In this document: piece by piece, positions 57,977-64,000 of the stretch | Numbering within the stretch: the stretch's first letter is position 1 | How the letters are laid out: each line of letters begins with the position of its first letter | From: an uncultured Candidatus Saccharibacteria bacterium | GTDB taxonomy: Bacteria > Patescibacteriota > Minisyncoccia > Phycocordibacterales > PALSA-1337 | Length of the DNA: 64,000 bases | Assembly (NCBI GenBank): GCA_964412585.1 | Contig: CAYPPJ010000001.1 | Location: 149,334 to 213,333 of the forward strand | Direction of reading: 5' to 3' | Translations under genes and position numbers: made by a program | The notes under the pieces: model-generated | Told to the model about the DNA's origin: nothing | The model's input: only the letters and a program-made list of their open reading frames with translations | The model's database searches: none

Positions 57977-59224
57977 ATGAAAAGAATGATCATCGTGGTA
58001 GCACTCATGTTGAGTGTTACCTCCCAAGCAGCCCAGTTGTACCAGCTCGTCGTGCTTGACGACGGCACCAACGAAAGCTGCGCCTACGGCGTAAACAACT
58101 TCGGTTTCAGCGTCGGCTACAAGAAAGTGGCTGGCGTAATGAAGCCCTGTTTGTGGACACCAGCACGTGGGTACCTGGAACTACCGAGAGCCGTGCAGGC
58201 AACAGATCCGCACGGAATTGCTTACGCAATCAATGACAAGTTCAGTGTCGTCGGTACGTACGGTGCCACCAATGTCTCATCCCACCGAATCGACGTGGGA
58301 GCAGTCGTTGGTTGGAATTGGGATGGAGAGATGGGTCAGTTCAGCACCAAAGCTCTTGCCGACGGAATGATTGGCAACTCCCGAGACATCAATTCCAACG
58401 GAGATGCCGCCTGCACAAGGTACGGATACGCGTGGTGTGCGTGTATTGATAACATGTACACCGATGCGGTCCAGTATTCGTGTGCGTTCTCTGGCTCTGC
58501 GTGCTACGGCATCAATGAGCAAGGAAATGCTGTTGGACAGCGGTATTCGTACTACGCCAATGCAAACGTTCCGATTTACTACCGGAAAAATTCCGATGGA
58601 TCCTATGCATCAACCTCGAGTGACGGAATGTTTCTAGACATAGGCAACAGCGCCTGCTATGACATCAACTCGAATAACGTTGCTGTAGGCTCATCGGATC
58701 AGGCTGGCTTCTATTGGGAACCGGACAAATACTCATTGAACATGTTCCCCATTTCTACGCGTTGTTACTCCATAAATAACGCCAGCACGATCGTCGGTAG
58801 TAGCAATGGAGTTGCTTGTATGTGGGAAAAAGGGACAAACGGCTCGTACAAGTGCACCGACTTGAACAAGTTGGCGACGAGTACTATACCAGGAATCGTG
58901 ATGCGGAAGGCGTTCCGGATCAGTGACGCTGGCCAAATCGTCGGCCAGTGCGTAAACACAAACACGGGCGTTCAAAGCGCCTTCATGCTGACGCCCGCCG
59001 TACGTGCACCACGATGCCTCAAGAAGGCCCCGAACAACCAGCTCGAATTCAATTGGCTGGTAACCGAAGGACACACTTATGCGTTTCGTTTCAGCGAAGA
59101 CCTCAAGTCGTGGGTGTCCTATCCCGACTTGTACTACGCCGACACGAGCACAGATGTAAGTGTCTTTTTCTCCATCGATGACATGCCTAAAGCGTTCATC
59201 GACATCGTGGATACGACCCCGTAA
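57977..59224 (+). CDS. secreted HAF-family extracellular repeat protein
   Basis: Signal peptide, then about 7 repeats of the A.GIN..G..VG type (YGVNNFGFSVGY, AYAINDKFSVVGTY, CYGINEQGNAVGQRY, CYDINSNNVAVGSS, CYSINNASTIVGSS, AFRISDAGQIVGQ). Confidence 0.65.
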   Translation: MKRMIIVVALMLSVTSQAAQLYQLVVLDDGTNESCAYGVNNFGFSVGYKKVAGVMKPCLWTPARGYLELPRAVQATDPHGIAYAINDKFSVVGTYGATNVSSHRIDVGAVVGWNWDGEMGQFSTKALADGMIGNSRDINSNGDAACTRYGYAWCACIDNMYTDAVQYSCAFSGSACYGINEQGNAVGQRYSYYANANVPIYYRKNSDGSYASTSSDGMFLDIGNSACYDINSNNVAVGSSDQAGFYWEPDKYSLNMFPISTRCYSINNASTIVGSSNGVACMWEKGTNGSYKCTDLNKLATSTIPGIVMRKAFRISDAGQIVGQCVNTNTGVQSAFMLTPAVRAPRCLKKAPNNQLEFNWLVTEGHTYAFRFSEDLKSWVSYPDLYYADTSTDVSVFFSIDDMPKAFIDIVDTTP

Positions 59225-59285
59225 GGTCATTCACGATAGTTCACTCACAAACCCGCCGATGGCTATCGCATCGGCGGCGTTTCTT

Positions 59286-60806
59286 TTATAACGACTTAAA
59301 TGAGCTCACAAATGAGTCATATTCAGACTGCTTGAATCCTTTTATGCTTGTATCGACAAGAAAGACAACAACATTTGATGAATCGAGCACAAAAATTTTT
59401 CCTGTCAGGCGTTCTTCGCGGTTATGTATAACATAATCAAGTGACATGTGGCCCTGGAATGTGCCATAGCCTGAACTCTGTAATACACTTTTGGTATCCG
59501 CTTCGGTCATTCCATCTAATATTGACTTCAATGCCCCTTTCGCATCTTCATCAGAAGTGATGATCGGGATAGAATATATAATTTTCATGACTGTGTATGA
59601 TGAATCAATCGTCTTTGAATCATACTGATTTGCATCCATTGTTATGGTAGAAAAACTACGTCTCTTTGTACTAAATATAGGTACTGCTGGCAGGAGCACT
59701 GAGAACCTATCCTTCTCGGACACGAACGTCTGCCAATTGGCCGCAACTGGCGGTGTCAACATGGAACTCGTTTGCGGTAAATCCACCCGCTCACAATGTG
59801 GGCCATTCGTATCACTGACTGCAACACCAGTCCCTCCGTATCCGCTCGCATCTATGCAAAATGACTCCTTGACTGAGACGAGTTGCGCGGAGACTGCATA
59901 CTCATTTTTTGAGGCAAAACATACTGGCTGATACATATTGATTGCGGATATAGATAGAGCAATCCCCGCAGTCGCAAAGACACCCTGATAGCAAGTGTTT
60001 GCCGTCGCCTTTGGTGATGTGCTATCCGCATTATACATCTCAATCATCGGACGAATAGAAGTAAGTGTGCTCCTAATTGTTGCATCCTTTCCTTTACCTC
60101 GTGCAGAATTGAGTGAGACAAGTACAACTGATGAGAGAATACCTATCACAGCTATAACTACAAGAATCGCCACGACGACAATAACTACAGTTAGGGCAGT
60201 ATTCTTTCCAGTACCCTTGAGCGATGCTGCATCAATTTTTTTCACATCCTCAGGTGTGTATGAGCTTGGCACCACCATTGTTTTAGACAGGCTATCATGC
60301 CAACCAACGGGATTGGCACCAAATAGGAATGAAAATTGATCGAAAGGTATGAGGCGAGCAAACGACCTTCCAATAATATTTTTGAGCGGTGGTTTGCTCC
60401 CATCCCGCATCACAACCTTTGTCTTGGTGATATATTTTGCGGGAGTTTTTTGAAGTATTCCTTCGAAAATCACAAAATACAGGACATTAAGTAACAAGGC
60501 AACAATACTAGATACTAGTGAATAGCCCACAGATTCGGTGTTTGCCCATCGAGCGAAAGCCGGAATAAGTAATGCGAGCAGAAAAAATAGAAGAAAAGTA
60601 ATAATCCATATGCCAATATGATCAACAATATAATTGACCAGTCTTTTCCAGATAATAGTTGGTGCAAACTCTGGCTTTATCGGTGCGGGTGCTATAGTTA
60701 TTTGAGAAGGATTGGTTGCCGTGACTGGAGCTGAAACCGGATGCGCACACGAGGCGCAAAATTTGGCATCTGACGGCAACTGGGCACCACAATGAGTACA
60801 ATTCAT
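59286..60806 (-). CDS. zinc-ribbon + RDD-domain membrane protein with large extracytoplasmic C-terminal domain
   Basis: MNCTHCGAQLPSDAKFCASCAHP zinc ribbon. RDD-like region (KRLVNYIVDHI...GWHDSLSKTMVV). A second TM follows, then a roughly 280-aa domain. Confidence 0.65.
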   Translation of the reverse strand: MNCTHCGAQLPSDAKFCASCAHPVSAPVTATNPSQITIAPAPIKPEFAPTIIWKRLVNYIVDHIGIWIITFLLFFLLALLIPAFARWANTESVGYSLVSSIVALLLNVLYFVIFEGILQKTPAKYITKTKVVMRDGSKPPLKNIIGRSFARLIPFDQFSFLFGANPVGWHDSLSKTMVVPSSYTPEDVKKIDAASLKGTGKNTALTVVIVVVAILVVIAVIGILSSVVLVSLNSARGKGKDATIRSTLTSIRPMIEMYNADSTSPKATANTCYQGVFATAGIALSISAINMYQPVCFASKNEYAVSAQLVSVKESFCIDASGYGGTGVAVSDTNGPHCERVDLPQTSSMLTPPVAANWQTFVSEKDRFSVLLPAVPIFSTKRRSFSTITMDANQYDSKTIDSSYTVMKIIYSIPIITSDEDAKGALKSILDGMTEADTKSVLQSSGYGTFQGHMSLDYVIHNREERLTGKIFVLDSSNVVVFLVDTSIKGFKQSEYDSFVSSFKSL

Positions 60807-60882
60807 AGAAATATGTTAGTTGTTTATATACACAGTGTAGGTTACATGGCCTCGAATATCAAGGTATACTATAAACACCTAC

Positions 60883-61134
60883 ATGAGCCCTGAGATTATC
60901 AATATAGGAAACGTCATCATCGAAATTATTATTGCTCTCTTGGTGTTACTCACGCCGATCGGGATCGTTGCGGGCATAATTGTCATAGTGACCGGAAATA
61001 GAAAAGAGCCGAAGAAAAAACATCTTCATACTGTTTTGGGTATTGTTGCAATAGTCGCTCCTATCGTCCTTTTGTTTGTTATCCTGAGTATTTGGGGACT
61101 TGTGAGGATACTAACAAACACAGTCGGGGCCTAA
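60883..61134 (+). CDS. hypothetical small membrane protein (2 TM)
   Basis: 83-aa hydrophobic ORF. Confidence 0.4.
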   Translation: MSPEIINIGNVIIEIIIALLVLLTPIGIVAGIIVIVTGNRKEPKKKHLHTVLGIVAIVAPIVLLFVILSIWGLVRILTNTVGA

Positions 61135-61156
61135 CCATCGATATTAGTTTGGCCCA

Positions 61157-61190
61157 TAAAAAATCACCAGATTTCTCTGGTGATTTTTTA
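61157..61190. terminator. bidirectional rho-independent terminator (A-tract/stem/T-tract)
   Basis: AAAAAATCACCAGA-tttc-TCTGGTGATTTTTT. It terminates the 60883 gene on the plus strand and rpsC...rplE on the minus strand. Confidence 0.65.
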
Positions 61191-61197
61191 TTTGAAT

Positions 61198-61776
61198 TTA
61201 TTTCTTTTTACTCTCCTCCTCTCTCTTGAGCGGCATGCCAATATGTTCGAGAAATGCGAGAGTTGCCTTTTTGTCACGAGATGTGGTGACAAGAGTGATA
61301 GCAAATCCAAATACGTCCTTCAAATCTTCATCTGATGTTTCAGGGAAAATAGTGTGCTCCTTGATACCCATGGTGTAGTTACCCATCGCATCTACTGAGG
61401 TACGTGAGAGACCACGGAAGTCCTTGGTACGAGGAAGTGCAATGTGGATGAGACGATCCATAAACTGGAACATGCGTGGACCGCGGAGAGTCACCTGGTA
61501 TCCAACAGCATCACCCTGGCGCGTCTTGAAGGTAGCAATAGCTTTCTTTGTTGCACGAACTGCTGGCTTTTGACCAGTGATCTTTGCGAGACGATCTGCA
61601 ATAAGCTCAATCTTCTTTTTGTCTTTGACTGAACCGAAACCGTTGGAAATAACAGCCTTGAGGAGTCGTGGTGCTTGCATAGGATTTTTGAGTCCAAGCT
61701 TTTCCTTGAGTGCGGCGTATGATTCTTTATTGAGTTCTGCGACTGTTTTGTATTTCATGGTAATGGAAAATATCAT
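61198..61776 (-). CDS. rplE: 50S ribosomal protein L5
   Basis: NPMQAPRLLKAVISNGFG...ITGQKPAVRATKKAIATFKTRQG. Confidence 0.9.
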   Translation of the reverse strand: MIFSITMKYKTVAELNKESYAALKEKLGLKNPMQAPRLLKAVISNGFGSVKDKKKIELIADRLAKITGQKPAVRATKKAIATFKTRQGDAVGYQVTLRGPRMFQFMDRLIHIALPRTKDFRGLSRTSVDAMGNYTMGIKEHTIFPETSDEDLKDVFGFAITLVTTSRDKKATLAFLEHIGMPLKREEESKKK

Positions 61777-61994
61777 TAGGCCTTCTTGGCAACCTTTGAC
61801 GCATGCATCGGCATAGCAACATCTACTACCTGACCCTTCTGACCCTGCTTGGTCGGACGCTGATGTTTGCGAACTGTGTTCATGCCTTCAACAACAATCT
61901 TGCCGAGAGCGGGGAAAGCTTTAACAACCTTGCCCGTCTTGCCTCGGTCATCGCCTGAAAGTATGGTTACTGTGTCTCCTTTCTTGATATGCAT
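61776..61994 (-). CDS. rplX: 50S ribosomal protein L24
   Basis: MHIKKGDTVTILSGDDRGKTGKV KOW motif. Confidence 0.85.
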   Translation of the reverse strand: MHIKKGDTVTILSGDDRGKTGKVVKAFPALGKIVVEGMNTVRKHQRPTKQGQKGQVVDVAMPMHASKVAKKA

Positions 61995-62015
61995 GGTAGT
62001 AAAGTTAATGAAAAG

Positions 62016-62387
62016 TTACACAATCTCGGGTGCTTTTGAAGCAATAGTCTTGAATCCCGCCTCACCAATCTCGCGAGGAATAGGACCAAAGATACGACCA
62101 GCAATCGGCTCTTTCTTGGTCTTTTCAATAATAACTACTGCATTCTCGTCAAAACGAATATACGAACCGTCTTTGCGACGTGTTGGCTTGATCTGGCGAA
62201 CTACCACGGCGTGGAGAACGTCCTTTTTCTTGATAGCCTTGCGTGGCTCTGCCTTCTGAACTGAGAGGACCACAACTTCGCCAAGCTCAGCATAGCGCTT
62301 GTGAGAAGCTCCGAGAACTTTGAAAATACGTCCAATCTTTGCACCGGAGTTGTCTGCTATTTTAACTATTGAACGTGGCTGTATCAT
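62016..62387 (-). CDS. rplN: 50S ribosomal protein L14
   Basis: MIQPRSIVKIADNSGAK... Confidence 0.9.
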   Translation of the reverse strand: MIQPRSIVKIADNSGAKIGRIFKVLGASHKRYAELGEVVVLSVQKAEPRKAIKKKDVLHAVVVRQIKPTRRKDGSYIRFDENAVVIIEKTKKEPIAGRIFGPIPREIGEAGFKTIASKAPEIV

Positions 62388-62401
62388 GGAAGTAAATGGG
62401 G

Positions 62402-62662
62402 TTATGCGATGACTTTGAATGACTTATTTTTTGAAATAGGACGGCATGCCTCGATAGTAGCGGTATCGCCAATCTTCTTTGTATTGCCAACATCGTGGGC
62501 CATGAGCTTGGTCTTCTTGGTCATGAATTTGTGATATTTGGCATGCTTGACGTAGCGCTCAATAACAACAACCGTCGTGTCCTTCATCTTGTCAGAAACA
62601 ACCACGCCAGTAAATATTTGGCGCTGGGTTTCCTTCTTTGGCTGTGTTGTGGTGGCTGACAT
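62402..62662 (-). CDS. rpsQ: 30S ribosomal protein S17
   Basis: FTGVVVSDKMKDTTVVVIERYVKHAKYHK. Confidence 0.85.
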   Translation of the reverse strand: MSATTTQPKKETQRQIFTGVVVSDKMKDTTVVVIERYVKHAKYHKFMTKKTKLMAHDVGNTKKIGDTATIEACRPISKNKSFKVIA

Positions 62663-62705
62663 GTGAATGGTGATATTACTTTAAAATGCTTGATTTGTCT
62701 AGCTT

Positions 62706-62894
62706 TTAGCTCTTTTTTGCACTCAAGACGGTGAGCATGCGGGCAATATCTTTGCGAATCTCCCTACCCTGTTTGACGTTCTTTGTTTTTGCGCCTGCAC
62801 CACCAAAACGAAATACGCGCAACTCTTCACGCTTTGCCGCAACGAGCTTGGCAATATCTGCTGGTGTCTTGGTTGAAATGTCTTTGATATCCAT
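62706..62894 (-). CDS. rpmC: 50S ribosomal protein L29
   Basis: 62 aa. [10 protein letters not shown] coiled pattern. Conserved position between L16 and S17. Confidence 0.8.
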   Translation of the reverse strand: MDIKDISTKTPADIAKLVAAKREELRVFRFGGAGAKTKNVKQGREIRKDIARMLTVLSAKKS

Positions 62895-62899
62895 GGTAG

Positions 62900-63325
62900 T
62901 TATATACGCGCTACGATCTTGGTTTTGACTGGAAGCTTGGTTCCTGCTTTGCGGAGAGCCTCAGCGGCAACAGTGTTCTCGACGCCGTCAATCTCAAACA
63001 TGATGCGGCCTGGACGAACCTCAGCAACGAAGCCGACTGGGTCACCCTTGCCCTTTCCCATTTTTACTTCGGCAGGCTTCTGGGTAAATGGCATATCGGG
63101 GAAAATGCGAATCCATACTTTGCCAGACTTTGTCGCATAACGAGCCATAACTTTACGAGCGGATTCGATCTGGTTTGAAGTCACGCGACCATAGGTCATA
63201 GCCTTGAGACCAAATGAACCGAACGCGACAGAGACGCCACGGGTCTCGTGTTTGGTAGCTTCCTTCGCAGCGTTCTTGCGCTTAACGAAATGCTTGCGGT
63301 GTTTTACTTTCTTCGGGAATAACAT
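62900..63325 (-). CDS. rplP: 50S ribosomal protein L16
   Basis: [11 protein letters not shown]...[23 protein letters not shown]. Confidence 0.9.
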   Translation of the reverse strand: MLFPKKVKHRKHFVKRKNAAKEATKHETRGVSVAFGSFGLKAMTYGRVTSNQIESARKVMARYATKSGKVWIRIFPDMPFTQKPAEVKMGKGKGDPVGFVAEVRPGRIMFEIDGVENTVAAEALRKAGTKLPVKTKIVARI

Positions 63326-63334
63326 GGTAGTTTA

Positions 63335-64000
63335 TTATTTCTGGTCTTTCTTGAAAATCTCACCCTTGTAAATCCAGACCTTGATACCAATGTCTCCATA
63401 GGTCATGTGCGCCTTTTCGCGGGCAAAATCAATATCTGCACGAAGTGTCTGAAGTGGTACGCGACCTTTCTTGAGCTCTTCGCTGCGTGCGATCTCAGCG
63501 CCACCAAGGCGACCCCCGAGACGGATACGAATACCCTGCACGTCCTTGTTTGCCATGACCTTTTCGATAGTCTGTTTCATGACACGGCGGAATGGCAGAC
63601 GCTTTTCGAGAGACTCGGCAATCATCATGCCAGCAATAGCGGCGTTTGATTCTGGATTGCGGACTTCTTCAATATCAACCTTGAGTTCTTGACCTTTTAC
63701 TTCTGCCTTTGCGTCACGAATAATCTTTGCAATCTTTTCGCGAAGCTTGACGACACCGTCACCCGCTTTGCCGATGAGCATGCCTGGGCGTGAGGTCTTG
63801 ATGACAACTCGAAGCACCTTTTGGTTTCGTTCGATATCAATACCGCCAATATAATTTGAACGGAGTTCTTTTTGGAGGAATTCACGGACACTCAAATCTG
63901 CCTTGAGAGCAGTGCGATATCCCTTGTCCACGCCGAACCAACGGCTCTTCCAGTCGCGGATAACTCCAAGGCGGTGTGAATACGGGTGTACGGTGTGGGA
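63335..64000 (-). CDS. rpsC: 30S ribosomal protein S3 (N-terminal few residues beyond window end)
   Basis: The frame continues past the ORF-track start: ...VHPYSHRLGVIRDWKSRWFGVDKGYR is S3 N-terminal homology. KH domain GGIDIERNQK, C-terminal GAEIARSE. Confidence 0.9.
   Translation of the reverse strand, partial: SHTVHPYSHRLGVIRDWKSRWFGVDKGYRTALKADLSVREFLQKELRSNYIGGIDIERNQKVLRVVIKTSRPGMLIGKAGDGVVKLREKIAKIIRDAKAEVKGQELKVDIEEVRNPESNAAIAGMMIAESLEKRLPFRRVMKQTIEKVMANKDVQGIRIRLGGRLGGAEIARSEELKKGRVPLQTLRADIDFAREKAHMTYGDIGIKVWIYKGEIFKKDQK

Overview
This 64-kb window looks like chromosomal DNA from a small-genome bacterium with about 47% GC. A spc ribosomal cluster lacking L30 and a Lys-rich RpoD N-terminus suggest a CPR/Patescibacteria-like lineage, but this is not certain. 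Core content: a DsbA-like gene (partial), a UvrD-type helicase fused to a Cas4-like nuclease, the dnaG-rpoD operon, prfA-rpmE, rpsU-ybeY-ftsA...ftsZ-trxB, gyrB, pheS/pheT, tsaD, tsf-rpsB, secY, and the S3...L5 / S14...L15 ribosomal protein cluster. There are six tRNAs (Phe, Arg, Glu, Ser, Val, Thr), an Hsp20, mscL, two MFS transporters and a GT2 synthase. An unusually large set of secreted or surface proteins is present (BNR/FN3/peptidoglycan-binding, a PEP-CTERM-like protein, an HAF-repeat protein). Most of these are GC-richer than the housekeeping genes. Most notable: (i) the conserved ribosomal super-operon is split between rplE and rpsZ by a 7.6-kb block carrying an ECF sigma/anti-sigma pair, surface proteins and its own divergent consensus promoters; (ii) a GC-rich 460-aa gene sits on the opposite strand between ftsA and ftsZ; (iii) an in-frame 92-bp element flanked by inverted repeats lies inside tsaD; (iv) a MazF-like toxin is translationally coupled to a membrane-anchored thermonuclease with no MazE; a consensus promoter drives a structured RNA convergent on it, beside a tRNA pair; (v) at least five secreted proteins share a roughly 45-aa module. 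No CRISPR array, rRNA, transposase or integrase was found.
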